A DNA stretch of 64,000 bases from Thermodesulfobacteriota bacterium. Its GTDB lineage: Bacteria; Desulfobacterota; Binatia; Bin18. The stretch is from positions 2,208,001-2,272,000 of the forward strand of contig OZ219926.1 in assembly GCA_964291405.2 (NCBI GenBank), read 5' to 3'. Position numbers and translations under genes: made by a program. The notes under the pieces were generated by a model. It ran no database searches, was not told the DNA's origin, and saw only the letters and a program-made list of their open reading frames with translations. This document shows, piece after piece, positions 47,994 to 57,624 of the stretch. Each line of letters starts with the position of its first letter. The first letter of the stretch is position 1.

Positions 47994-49760
47994 TTACTGT
48001 GTCCGGGCACTGGTGGGCAGGGTGACCCGGACCGCCGTGCCCTGGTTGGGCATGGAGTTGATCAGGATGGTGCCGCCGTATTTCTCCACCAGATGCTGGG
48101 TGATGGTGAGTCCCATCCCCAGTGCGCCCTCTCGGGTAGTGTAGAACGGGCTGAAGACTTTCTTGCGGCGCTCGGGCTGGATACCGATTCCGTTGTCCGT
48201 GATGGTGACAACGGTGCTGTCGCTGTTCTGCTTGGTCTCCACCCGAATGATGCCTTTCTTCTGGCCGCGCTCCTGAATGGCTAACGCTGCATTCTCCATA
48301 ATGTTGGTGAACATCAGATAGACGTCAGGTTCCGTCGCCAGCACGGTCTGAGTCGGGTTCAACTCTTTGAGGATCAACGACCGGCTCTTGGCCTGGATGC
48401 GGTCGGCAACTTCATCGATGTAATCGTTGAGTTCGAGCTGGGCGTAGCCCTCGTCGCGTTTGGGTGCCAGCGCGGGCAGGCGTTTCGCCAACTCCACGAT
48501 ATCGTTGGTCTGGGCGTGGATACTCGCTACGACCGCCGCCATGGCCTCTCGGTCCGCGTTCATGGTGTCCCCGGCGGCAAACTCTGTCTCGTTGTCAACC
48601 GGCAAACTCGGCAGGTCGGTCGTCTCAGTCCCGTTGTCGGCTGGCTGGTCCGGCAGGTCTGTCAGCACCTCGGTGCTGCTGTTGATACGCTCGGCCAGAC
48701 TCACCAACTGCTCGGCGGCGATATCCACCCCGACCTGGTAGGCCGTGAACTCTGCGGCAGCGGTCGAGTCGCTCTCTTCGGTATTGAGCCGCTCGGCTTT
48801 CATAAGGTCGGCGGTCAGCCGTTCAAGGCCCGTGTCCGGTCTGGGGCCGGCCTGTTCTCTCAACAGCAGCGGGTTTTGCTGCGGGGGCACCGCGCCCCCT
48901 CTACTACGCGTCCTGTCTCTGCCTCTGGGCATTCTGAAGGCGATGGTCAGCCACATCACCCAGAGCACCACGCCCGTACCGATGATGCCGCGCTCGTACC
49001 AGGCGGCCAGGGCCTCGGTCCGGTCGATCTCAGACTCCAGGCCCTTGATGATGGTTTCTCCCAGGTCGCTGATCTGATCGGAGGTCGCCGCCTGGAATAT
49101 CTCCTCGGTCGGTGCCTGCTTTTCGAGCAGGACTTGACCGTGCGCCACAAAGTTCATGGCCGTGTTGACCAGCGCCGGGTGGCGGGTCGCGATGTTGTTG
49201 CCCAGTTCGGCCAGCACCCGTGTCAGGCGCTCCTTTTCCGGGGGAGCCGGACTCGCCAGATAGGTGGTGATCTCTTCGGTGATGGTCGCCACATTTTTGA
49301 TGAAGGCCGAATTGCCGCCGCGGGTCTGCATTTGCTGCATCACGTTGGTGGCAGCCAGGGGCAGGTAGCGCACGGAATTACGCAGCACGGCGTAGCCTGT
49401 CTTGAAGCGCTCAATGCGCTCTTCCTTGGCGGTAATGGCGCTCAGGTAAGCGTTGGTGGTGTTGGCCAGCCGGTCCGGCAGGCTGGTGGTATTCTGGATG
49501 GCATCCGCCAGGGTCTCTTTGAGGCGGTCCATCCGGGGGATGAATTGGGTCAGGGAGTCGAAGTCGGCAAAGGGGTCGGAGCGGACCCGGGCCACTTCGA
49601 CACTCCACTGGGATTCGAGTTGCTGAATCCGCCGTACGGTGGAAATGGCCAAGTGATGCTCGCCGGCTTTGGTCTGCGCGGCCATCCAGTATAATCCGGC
49701 GGCGGTGGCGACGAGGGCGATTGACAGGAAGATGCCGATGGTAATGGATTTGGATCTCAT
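47994..49760 (-). CDS. DAHL-type membrane sensor with HATPase domain and degenerate H-box
   Basis: Two TMs around an all-helical domain (IERFKTGYAVLRNSVRYLP); N box NIMENA, DNGIGI, FSPFYTT, GMGL. Confidence 0.8.
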   Translation of the reverse strand: MRSKSITIGIFLSIALVATAAGLYWMAAQTKAGEHHLAISTVRRIQQLESQWSVEVARVRSDPFADFDSLTQFIPRMDRLKETLADAIQNTTSLPDRLANTTNAYLSAITAKEERIERFKTGYAVLRNSVRYLPLAATNVMQQMQTRGGNSAFIKNVATITEEITTYLASPAPPEKERLTRVLAELGNNIATRHPALVNTAMNFVAHGQVLLEKQAPTEEIFQAATSDQISDLGETIIKGLESEIDRTEALAAWYERGIIGTGVVLWVMWLTIAFRMPRGRDRTRSRGGAVPPQQNPLLLREQAGPRPDTGLERLTADLMKAERLNTEESDSTAAAEFTAYQVGVDIAAEQLVSLAERINSSTEVLTDLPDQPADNGTETTDLPSLPVDNETEFAAGDTMNADREAMAAVVASIHAQTNDIVELAKRLPALAPKRDEGYAQLELNDYIDEVADRIQAKSRSLILKELNPTQTVLATEPDVYLMFTNIMENAALAIQERGQKKGIIRVETKQNSDSTVVTITDNGIGIQPERRKKVFSPFYTTREGALGMGLTITQHLVEKYGGTILINSMPNQGTAVRVTLPTSARTQ

Positions 49761-49791
49761 GGTGATGATTCCTCAGTGACTTCAGTGTGGA

Positions 49792-51051
49792 TTATCGGCC
49801 CGTACGGACTGGGCCACTCGCTTTTCCGCTTTTGGATGCCTTTCTGGCGGTTCGGCCCGTACGGACCGGGCCGGCTTTTCCGTTTTTGGATATTGTTTCG
49901 GCTCTATCCGCCGGAGGGCTCTCCTGGGCTGTCTCTCCCGCAGAGATTTCCTGGACTCCACTCGCCGCAGGGCTCCGCCCAAGGTTTCCGTTTCTACTGT
50001 CTTCTTGGAACTCAGCAGACACAGAGCCCTGTCCAAGGTCAAATTCGTAATTATTTTCTTGATATTCTCCCGCCAGGGTCTTGATGAAGGCCACAATGGC
50101 CTCCTTGTCCTCATCCGGCGCTTCCCGTCCGAGTTGGAACTCGAACATGGCATCGACCGCGTCGCGCAAGGTCTCGGCGCTGCCGTCGTGCAGATAGGGG
50201 GCCGTATGAGCGGCCATGCGCAGGCTCGGGACCTTGAAGGCGTGTTTGTCGACCTCGTTCCCGGTGACGTTGAAGCGCCCCAAGTCGGCGTCGGTAATAT
50301 TGCCCCGCTTTCTGAAATAGTCGTTAATGACGCCGAAGACCTGAAACATATTGCCGCCCACGGCTGCCCCTTGATGGCAGGACACACATCCGTAGCGCTT
50401 GAATAGGGCGTAGCCCTCTTTCTCATGTTCGCTGATAGCCTCGGTGTTGCCTCTGAGCCACTGGTCGAAGCGACTGTTGGGCGTGATCAGAGAGCGCATG
50501 AACTCGGCAATAGCGTCTTTGATGTTCTCGCGAGAAATGATCTCGGTATCGTTGGGGTAACTCTCCTGGAACATGCGGGGATAGTCATTATCCTGAAAGA
50601 GTTTGGTCACGACGTCCGGCCAGATGCTTTCCATCTCGATGCGGCTCTGTAACGGACCGTCGATCTGATCCTTGAGGGTGTGCGCCCGGCCGTCCCAGAA
50701 CTGTTTGAAATTGAAAGCGGCGTTGAACACGGTGGGCGCATTCACGAGCCCGACCCGGCCCTCGATGCCGGTGGAAACGACCGCGCCGTCATCACCACCG
50801 GCGCTCAGGTCGTGGCAGGTGGCACAGGAGATGGTGTCGTTCTTGGATAATCTCGGGTCGTGGAACAGCCGCCTGCCCAGTTCGGCTTTGGCCTCGTTCA
50901 CCTCAATCATAATCGGGACCGGCTTGATCGGCTCGGCCGCAGCTCCGTACTCAGCGGACACGAGGCAGAGTGTCAGACCGAGGCTGAGTGCCCGTAGCAA
51001 GCGGTGGGGCAACCTATCCGGCTTGGGTGTCTTTTGCCGTGTATTCATCAT
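49792..51051 (-). CDS. Diheme cytochrome c peroxidase (CCP/MauG family)
   Basis: LGRRLFHDPRLS, CATCH, FWDGRA, CVSCH, FKVPSLR, PYLHDG; repetitive C-terminal tail. Confidence 0.93.
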   Translation of the reverse strand: MMNTRQKTPKPDRLPHRLLRALSLGLTLCLVSAEYGAAAEPIKPVPIMIEVNEAKAELGRRLFHDPRLSKNDTISCATCHDLSAGGDDGAVVSTGIEGRVGLVNAPTVFNAAFNFKQFWDGRAHTLKDQIDGPLQSRIEMESIWPDVVTKLFQDNDYPRMFQESYPNDTEIISRENIKDAIAEFMRSLITPNSRFDQWLRGNTEAISEHEKEGYALFKRYGCVSCHQGAAVGGNMFQVFGVINDYFRKRGNITDADLGRFNVTGNEVDKHAFKVPSLRMAAHTAPYLHDGSAETLRDAVDAMFEFQLGREAPDEDKEAIVAFIKTLAGEYQENNYEFDLGQGSVSAEFQEDSRNGNLGRSPAASGVQEISAGETAQESPPADRAETISKNGKAGPVRTGRTARKASKSGKASGPVRTGR

Positions 51052-51076
51052 TCCTTCCTAACTCGGTTACCGTCGT

Positions 51077-51766
51077 TTACTTCGTCTCACTCTTGTCCCT
51101 GTCGCTGTTTTTGAGCAGTTGTGGCAGCTCAGTCCTGTCGCCTTCCGCCCAGTAGGTGTCACTATGGCTGGCATGGAGCTGCCGGGCTTCGTCTATGCGG
51201 CCCGCTTCGACGAACATCCGCATCAGGTTGGCCGTGATGAGTGGATGAGGCACCAATGCCAGCGCCGTTTTGTAGTGTTGTTCCGCCAGCGGATAATCGC
51301 CCTCAAGCGCGGCCACGACCGCCAGACCGTTCATGACCCAAGACTCTACCGGTGTGCCTTTGGCCAGTTCGGTCGCGGCGAGGAAGTGGGTCTTGGCCGT
51401 GGCGAAGTCTTCTCGCCCGAGACTCGCCCGCCCGGCACCGAGCAGGGCCTCGGCCTTGAGGGCTGGTAGTGTCGCCAGCGTGCTGGCTGCGGTGAACAGG
51501 GCATCTGCGGTCGCGAAGTCGCCCGCATGCAAGGCCATATAGGCCAGTCCGAGTTTCGGTTCCGGTGCGCTTGGGAAGGAGGTGGACAGCCGCTCATACA
51601 GCCGCCCGGCGGCAACCGGCTGGCCGGTTTCGATGGCTGCGGCCGATACTTTCAGGCTGCTGTCCAACATCTGCTGTTGGGCCGGGTTCAGTCCTCCCCT
51701 TCCCGTCCCGGCTGCCAACTGGCTACATGCGCTCAGGAAGATGAGTCCTGTCAAAATAAGCATCAT
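51077..51766 (-). CDS. tadD: TadD-like TPR lipoprotein (pilotin)
   Basis: MMLILTGLIFLSAC lipobox; TPR repeats; start reset because the longer ORF overlaps the promoter. Confidence 0.75.
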   Translation of the reverse strand: MMLILTGLIFLSACSQLAAGTGRGGLNPAQQQMLDSSLKVSAAAIETGQPVAAGRLYERLSTSFPSAPEPKLGLAYMALHAGDFATADALFTAASTLATLPALKAEALLGAGRASLGREDFATAKTHFLAATELAKGTPVESWVMNGLAVVAALEGDYPLAEQHYKTALALVPHPLITANLMRMFVEAGRIDEARQLHASHSDTYWAEGDRTELPQLLKNSDRDKSETK

Positions 51767-51786
51767 AGGAAAACAAATCTTTAGAA

Positions 51787-51841
51787 TACATAACGTTTGT
51801 ATTCTGGGCATTGTATTACATACAATCTTTATGTATGTCAA
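51787..51841 (-). promoter_or_regulatory. Tad-operon promoter with two operator-like palindromes
   Basis: Minus strand TTGACA TACATAA AGATT GTATGTA; second site TACATAA CGTTT GTATTCT at 51787-51805. Confidence 0.7.
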
Positions 51842-52006
51842 CTACTTAATCTATTCTATGGTAAACTATTTTGCCCAATGCATCAGGTTTTGTAGAAGTG
51901 CTGGACTTGAGGATATATCTGTCTGCCTGGCGAGTTTGTCCACATGCATAAATCAGCCTGGCTAATGAGATTTCTAATGATTGATAAGCATAAATCAGTT
52001 GGGGTG

Positions 52007-52035
52007 TTGACATACATATGATATGTATGCATTCT
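52007..52035 (+). promoter_or_regulatory. Sigma70 promoter with the same operator, upstream of TetR-3
   Basis: TTGACA TACATAT GATAT GTATGCA TTCT. Confidence 0.7.
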
Positions 52036-52067
52036 AACTAATCATTAAGACTGAATTAACGCTATTC

Positions 52068-52176
52068 ATGGAGGGTGAATGAAAATGGAACGGTATGAGA
52101 AGATGTGAATAGCTTTACTGACCGATTGTTTGCCGAGCATGAATATGCCGGCACATCCACTCAAGACGTTGTAGTA
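52068..52176 (+). pseudogene. Decayed duplicate of the TetR-3 5' end
   Basis: AGCTTTACTGACCG..TTGTTTGCCGAGCA..TATGCCG.CACATC matches 52280-52340. Confidence 0.7.
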
Positions 52177-52235
52177 GAGTCTAGATTTAATGAATCTTCA
52201 AACAAGTCAGACTTATTCATAAGGGGAGGGAATAT

Positions 52236-52835
52236 ATGGCAGCGCTGCCAAAAGCGGAGCAATATGAGAAAACTCGGTCAGCTTTACTGACCGTTGCCCA
52301 CGAGTTGTTTGCCGAGCAAGGGTATGCCGACACATCTACCAAAGATATTGTAGAACGTACCGAGGTAACCAGAGGGGCTCTCTATTATCACTTTCGGAAC
52401 AAGGAATCCCTATTTCAGGCCGTTTTTGAGCAGTTTCGACAGACTCGGACGCAAGCGATTCTGGCGCGGGTGCAAGAGGCTGAAGGCGACCTCTGGCAGC
52501 GGTTTGTCGAGACGGGCTGCACCGCCATTATTGAATCCCTGTCTGACAAAAGCGCGCAGCGCATCATTTTCACTGACGGCCCGTCCGTGTTAGCCCCGGA
52601 CGTCTGGCACAAAAACGTACAGGGCGTGAATTTCATCACTCAGCTCTTCGAGCAGTTGGAGGCGGAAGGCTTTATCGAAGAAAAGACCCCACACCAAGCG
52701 CTGGCCCGTCTGCTGTGGGGAGCTTTCCTCGAAGCGGGGGTCTACGTCTCCCACGCGACCGATTCTGTCGGAGCTCAGCACGAGATGCTCCAGGGGCTGA
52801 AACACTGGCTCGGGAAACTACGGATCAAGCATTAG
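52236..52835 (+). CDS. TetR/AcrR regulator (paralog 3)
   Basis: GYADTSTKDIVERTEVTRGALYYHF; GGAGG RBS. Confidence 0.92.
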   Translation: MAALPKAEQYEKTRSALLTVAHELFAEQGYADTSTKDIVERTEVTRGALYYHFRNKESLFQAVFEQFRQTRTQAILARVQEAEGDLWQRFVETGCTAIIESLSDKSAQRIIFTDGPSVLAPDVWHKNVQGVNFITQLFEQLEAEGFIEEKTPHQALARLLWGAFLEAGVYVSHATDSVGAQHEMLQGLKHWLGKLRIKH

Positions 52836-52887
52836 GGGACAGGGAAGGCTTGTGAGTCTCCCCTATCCTCCACTACCCGATTTTCTC

Positions 52888-52916
52888 TTGACTTCCCCTC
52901 TCCCTCGCCGTAGTAT
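52888..52916 (+). promoter_or_regulatory. Sigma70-type promoter for the sigma factor gene
   Basis: TTGACT-17 bp-TAGTAT. Confidence 0.6.
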
Positions 52917-53114
52917 GGGCGGGATTCTTATCTTTTTCAAAGCTTTGGCCAAGCTTGTCGGCCTGCCTATAAATTCTTTTGGACCAACTAAGCAGAAGCA
53001 GTTCTGTCGGAGTAGTCAATCCTTTCCCCTGCCTTCTCTATGCGTTGGGATGAAGGCAAAGTTGCGTCCTGTCGTGTTTTGATGCTGTTCATGTAAAGGG
53101 GGCTGAGGCGTCTT

Positions 53115-54941
53115 ATGGAAAAAAAGAAAAATAGAAAAATGGCGACGGTTTCGCAGGCCCCCCAACGGATATCCACACAGACAGCGGCCCAGCAGCCTGA
53201 AAAGTCCATACTGATAAAAGCCCAAGCTGTCACCCCTGCTGGTTCAACGTCGAAAGGGGAGAAACCGGCACGAGCAATGGAAACCATCATGTCCATTCTT
53301 GAAGATATGGATATTGAGACGGTTAATGTTCTTGAGGAAGGGGGCTCCACCAGCATTGAAGAAGAGGAGACCCCTGCTCCTGAGACGGTAAAACAGGACG
53401 AAGAGAGCTGGGGAGAGAGAGTGGTAGCGGCTGGGGAGCCAGTGACAGGAGACACTTCAGACCCTGTCCGCATGTATCTCCAGGAGATGGGCAATATCCC
53501 CCTTCTGAGCCGTGAAGAGGAGGTTGCGATTGCAAAAGAGATCGAGGCTGGGGAGAAGTGCATTCGCCAGGAAATTTTCTCCACTCCTTTGGCACTCCAA
53601 TATATTTTATCTCTGGGGAGCCGGCTCAAACTGGACGAGACTGAAGCGCGGCGTATTTTTGGCGACGAAGAAGAGGATACGGATACGTCCGGCAAGGAAG
53701 ACCAGCGAATTACGCTCTTTCTGAGTCGTATGGGGCCGCTCAAACGCTTGGCCGGAGAGCGGGAAAAGGCGGCAATATTGTCTCGCAAGCGGAGTCCGGT
53801 CGCAGAGCGAGAGAAAGCGCTGAAGCGACTGGGCACTCTTCGCGAGAAGATCAGAACTTCACTGGATAGTCTGCCTTTGGGACGGCGTCATATTACGGTG
53901 GTGACCGATAAACTCAAGGAAGTCGGCGTCATGCTGGACAAGCAGGAGCGGACTATCCGCAGACAAGAGTCTGTCCTGAATTGCAAGGCGTCTGAGATTC
54001 TTGCCCTGGCGCGCGCGTCCACACCGAAGAATGGGCGAACACGTCCGAGAGCGGGAGCGATCGGTGGGAAAGCCCAAGAGCAGAAAATCCAAGAAGCCAG
54101 TCAGATCATCAAGGACGCCCGCAAAGAAATTCAGCACTTTGAGCGGCAGCTTGGCACGAATCGTGAAGAGCTACGGCAGGCCCTGAAGACAATCGCGCGG
54201 GGAGAAGCCCAGGCGCAAGAAGGCAAGCGTCGTCTCATTGAAGCCAATCTGCGCCTAGTGGTGAGTATTGCCAAACGCTATGTCAACCGCGGGCTGGGAT
54301 TTCTGGACCTGATCCAGGAGGGCAATATCGGCCTGATGCGCGCGGTTGAGAAATTTGAGTATCAACGCGGCTATAAATTCTCGACCTATGCAACGTGGTG
54401 GATTCGACAGTCAGTGAGTCGAGCCATCGCCGACCAGGCCCGAACGATTCGGATCCCGGTCCATATGATTGAGACGATCAATAAGGTGCTGCGGACCTCT
54501 CGCTACCTGGTCCAACAGCTCGGTCGGGAACCTTCGCCGGAAGAGATTGCCGCCCAAATGGAAGTGCCGGCGGACAAAGTCCGGAAAGTCCTCAAGATTG
54601 TCAAAGAGCCAGTCTCCCTGGAGACGCCGATTGGCGATGATGAAGAAAGTTCGCTGGGGGATTTTGTTGAAGATCGGCAGACCCTCTCTCCGGCAGACGC
54701 CGCGATGGCCCTCAGTTTGGAGGAACAGACGCGCAAAGTCCTTGCCACCCTGACACCGCGTGAGGAGCAGATTCTGCGCATGCGGTTCGGCATTGACGAA
54801 AAAACAGACTACACACTTGAAGAAGTTGGACAGCGCTTTGCCGTGACCCGTGAGCGTATCCGTCAGATTGAGGCTAAAGCCTTACGGAAACTGCGCAACC
54901 CGACCCGAGCGAAGAGTCTGGAAGCCTTCATCGATAGCTAA
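53115..54941 (+). CDS. rpoD: RpoD-type sigma70 factor
   Basis: [56 protein letters not shown]. Confidence 0.9.
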   Translation: MEKKKNRKMATVSQAPQRISTQTAAQQPEKSILIKAQAVTPAGSTSKGEKPARAMETIMSILEDMDIETVNVLEEGGSTSIEEEETPAPETVKQDEESWGERVVAAGEPVTGDTSDPVRMYLQEMGNIPLLSREEEVAIAKEIEAGEKCIRQEIFSTPLALQYILSLGSRLKLDETEARRIFGDEEEDTDTSGKEDQRITLFLSRMGPLKRLAGEREKAAILSRKRSPVAEREKALKRLGTLREKIRTSLDSLPLGRRHITVVTDKLKEVGVMLDKQERTIRRQESVLNCKASEILALARASTPKNGRTRPRAGAIGGKAQEQKIQEASQIIKDARKEIQHFERQLGTNREELRQALKTIARGEAQAQEGKRRLIEANLRLVVSIAKRYVNRGLGFLDLIQEGNIGLMRAVEKFEYQRGYKFSTYATWWIRQSVSRAIADQARTIRIPVHMIETINKVLRTSRYLVQQLGREPSPEEIAAQMEVPADKVRKVLKIVKEPVSLETPIGDDEESSLGDFVEDRQTLSPADAAMALSLEEQTRKVLATLTPREEQILRMRFGIDEKTDYTLEEVGQRFAVTRERIRQIEAKALRKLRNPTRAKSLEAFIDS

Positions 54942-54977
54942 GAAGCCACGGTGTCTTTGGGTCTATTAAGTCCTTGA

Positions 54978-55033
54978 GACCCCATAGACCCCATAGACCC
55001 CATAGACCCACAACAGACCCCATAGACCCCATT
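54978..55033. repeat. Nonamer tandem repeat (GACCCCATA) x~6
   Basis: Direct inspection; one degenerate unit. Confidence 0.9.
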
Positions 55034-55043
55034 GGAGGAACGA

Positions 55044-55226
55044 GTGAATTCGAAAGACCTGGAACAACAACTCAGACGGTGGCGGGAGGAGCGTGGCCGC
55101 AAGCCGGTCCAGCAGTCTTCTCCTACCGCAGATAAACGCACCGTTCGCGTGAACGGCCAGAATGTTGTTGTTGTGAAACGCTCCCGGAGCAAATCCTCGG
55201 GACAGATTTCCCCGCAAACGTCGTAA
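55044..55226 (+). CDS. Small basic hypothetical protein (60 aa)
   Basis: GGAGG RBS before GTG; MNSKDLEQQLRRWREERGRKP... Confidence 0.55.
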   Translation: MNSKDLEQQLRRWREERGRKPVQQSSPTADKRTVRVNGQNVVVVKRSRSKSSGQISPQTS

Positions 55227-55240
55227 GAGCCAAGGTACTC

Positions 55241-56314
55241 TTAATCAAAGAGTACGTTTTGGACTGCAGCACAGAACGCCGTTGTTGAGGCGGACCCGCC
55301 TTGGTCGGGCGGAAGGGTCTCGCCGCTGGCGTATACCTGCGCGATTGCGTCCTCGAGGCGCCGGGCCTCGTCGGTCCAACCGAGATAGTCGAGCAGCAAC
55401 GCGGCGGAGAGCAGGGTTGCGGTCGGATTAATGATGTTCTGGCCGGCAATATCGGGTGCGGAGCCGTGAACGGACTCAAAATAGGCATAGGTGTCGCCGT
55501 AACACCCGCTCGGCGCGAGTCCGAGACCACCAATGGTACCGGCAGCAACGTCGGACAGGATATCACCGTACAAATTCGGCATGACAACGACGTCAAATTG
55601 TGATGGGCTGGCGACGAGACGCCGCGCAAAGTCATCGACAATATATTGCTCATAGCCCAGGTCGGGATATTCTTTGGCCGTTGCTTCAACCACTTCACGG
55701 AATAACCCGTCACTTTTCCGCAGCATATTGTACTTGCTGGTACAGGTGACGAGCCCCTCTCCTCCCTGAGCTTTACGCTTGCGTGCCAGTTCAAAGGCGA
55801 AGCGGGCAACGCGGCGGGAACCGTGCTCGGTAATCGCTTTAATGGCAAACAGGCCCTGGGCTGTGGTATCGAGCGGTTTACGCGTGATCGCACTCGTCAA
55901 CCCGAGCGGCGCAAGCGTATTCAGGTCGCCCTCAACCCCCATATACAGGTCTTCCAGGTTTTCTCGGACCACAACAAAATCAATGGATTCAGGGTTTCTG
56001 AGCGGGCTCCGAAACCCCGGCCGCCAGCGTGCCGGACGGACATTGGCATACGTCTGCTTGCCCCAGCGGAGGTATCCGATCCCGCCGGTTGTGCCATTGG
56101 TCGAGCCAAAGAGGGTCGAGTCCGAGCGGTCAATCGCTTCACGTAGCGCACTCTCGAACCCCTTCCGTGAGCCGTACTGCTTCACTCCCTGTTCACCGGA
56201 GGGAAACTCGGTGAAGCTCAGGTCCAGCGTAAAGTTTTTCAGGATCTCGACCGTTGGCGCCATTGCTTCGGGTGCCGCATCATCACCGGGAATCACCACA
56301 ACGCGTTTTGCCAT
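55241..56314 (-). CDS. Isocitrate/isopropylmalate dehydrogenase family protein
   Basis: VIPGD, RENLEDLY, NLYGDILSD, FESVHGSAPDIAG. Confidence 0.92.
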   Translation of the reverse strand: MAKRVVVIPGDDAAPEAMAPTVEILKNFTLDLSFTEFPSGEQGVKQYGSRKGFESALREAIDRSDSTLFGSTNGTTGGIGYLRWGKQTYANVRPARWRPGFRSPLRNPESIDFVVVRENLEDLYMGVEGDLNTLAPLGLTSAITRKPLDTTAQGLFAIKAITEHGSRRVARFAFELARKRKAQGGEGLVTCTSKYNMLRKSDGLFREVVEATAKEYPDLGYEQYIVDDFARRLVASPSQFDVVVMPNLYGDILSDVAAGTIGGLGLAPSGCYGDTYAYFESVHGSAPDIAGQNIINPTATLLSAALLLDYLGWTDEARRLEDAIAQVYASGETLPPDQGGSASTTAFCAAVQNVLFD

Positions 56315-56330
56315 ATTATTGTCCTCTCTG

Positions 56331-57512
56331 TTAGCTCAACCGCACATCACGATAGTTCTTACCAGGAACGATTTTTCCAAGAACAGCCGGCAGCTGCGCG
56401 CCGGTTGCACTCGGTACGTTCGAGGGCAGGCCGTGCACGGTCGCATAGGCTAAAACGGCAAACGCCAAGGCTTCCAACGACTGGCTCTCATAGCCGGTCT
56501 CTTCAAGCAGTCGAACGCGGACACCGGGCAGGGCCTGGGCAAACAGCGCTCGCAGGGTCGGGTTGAGCGCCCCACCACCAGTGAGGTAGACCTCGGCGAG
56601 CGGGCCGTGCGGCAGGATAAAGTCGTGATACGCTCGAGCCATGCTCGTGGCGGTGACGGCGCTTGCCGTCGCCACTTGGTCGTTGGGAGACAGCCTGAGT
56701 TGTACGGCGCGTTTGAGAAATCGCTCTGCAAACGGCGCACCGAATTCTTCTCGACCGGTCGACTTGGGCGGACGCCGGGCAAAGTACCGATGCCGGAGCA
56801 GTTCGTCCAGGAGATGTGCGTGCACGCTTCCGGCTTTGGCCATTCGGCCGTTCCGGTCGTACCACTGCTTGCCCTGGGTAACGGTGTGGACAACGGTGTC
56901 GATCAACATATTCCCAGGGCCGGTATCAAAGGCCAGCAGGTCTTGTTTTGTGGAACGCGGTGGCAGGTAGGTGAGGTTGGCAATCCCACCGATATTATGC
57001 ACGGCAATCGCACGGCTGGGCTGTTGAAACAGAAATGCGTGCACATAGGGAACGAGCGGCGCTCCCTCTCCGCCCAGCGCCACGTCTGCCGGCCGAAAGT
57101 CGGCTATCGTCGTAATACCAGTCCGCTGCGCGATGACGGCAGGTTCTCCGATCTGGAGGGTTGAACCTGGTCCGGGTCGCTGGTGAGGGTTGTGATAAAT
57201 AGTATGTCCGTGGGAGCCGATGGCATCGACCTGCTCCCGCGAGACGGCTGCGCGTTCGCACAGCTTGAGCACCGCCCGGGCAAACAGCTCACCGAGAAGA
57301 ACATTGACTTGTGAGACTTCGCCGGCATCAATCCGGGCTCCCTGACTGACCTTCAAAAGACGAGCTCTCACCGGTCGGGAGTACGGGAATGAGCGGAATG
57401 CCCGTTGTTGAATACGGAAGCGGCCCCTGACACGGGCAATATCGACCAGCACGGCATCAATCCCATCATGAGACGTGCCCGACATCAGGCCGATAACAGT
57501 CCGTTTTGACAT
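56331..57512 (-). CDS. anmK: Anhydro-N-acetylmuramic acid kinase
   Basis: IGLMSGTSHDGID, GGEGAPLVP, NIGGIAN, FDTGPGN, PKSTGRE. Confidence 0.95.
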   Translation of the reverse strand: MSKRTVIGLMSGTSHDGIDAVLVDIARVRGRFRIQQRAFRSFPYSRPVRARLLKVSQGARIDAGEVSQVNVLLGELFARAVLKLCERAAVSREQVDAIGSHGHTIYHNPHQRPGPGSTLQIGEPAVIAQRTGITTIADFRPADVALGGEGAPLVPYVHAFLFQQPSRAIAVHNIGGIANLTYLPPRSTKQDLLAFDTGPGNMLIDTVVHTVTQGKQWYDRNGRMAKAGSVHAHLLDELLRHRYFARRPPKSTGREEFGAPFAERFLKRAVQLRLSPNDQVATASAVTATSMARAYHDFILPHGPLAEVYLTGGGALNPTLRALFAQALPGVRVRLLEETGYESQSLEALAFAVLAYATVHGLPSNVPSATGAQLPAVLGKIVPGKNYRDVRLS

Positions 57513-57624
57513 ACGGGTTCCCAGGGGAGCATACAGCCGTTACCAGCAACGGAGCATGCTGGTGAAATGATGGGGAGCCCAGAGAGAAGAGTCTCTCCTC
57601 CCTGGATGTGAAAAATATGAGTGT

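Noticed and set aside
41844-49694. Long antisense ORFs such as 41844-42980 and 48516-49694
   Set aside because: Opposite well-supported genes, expected in high-GC DNA, no motifs.
49782-50426. Alternative-frame ORF suggesting a frameshift at the peroxidase C-terminus
   Set aside because: The peroxidase domain is complete in the main frame; the tail is a low-complexity ~60-bp duplication.
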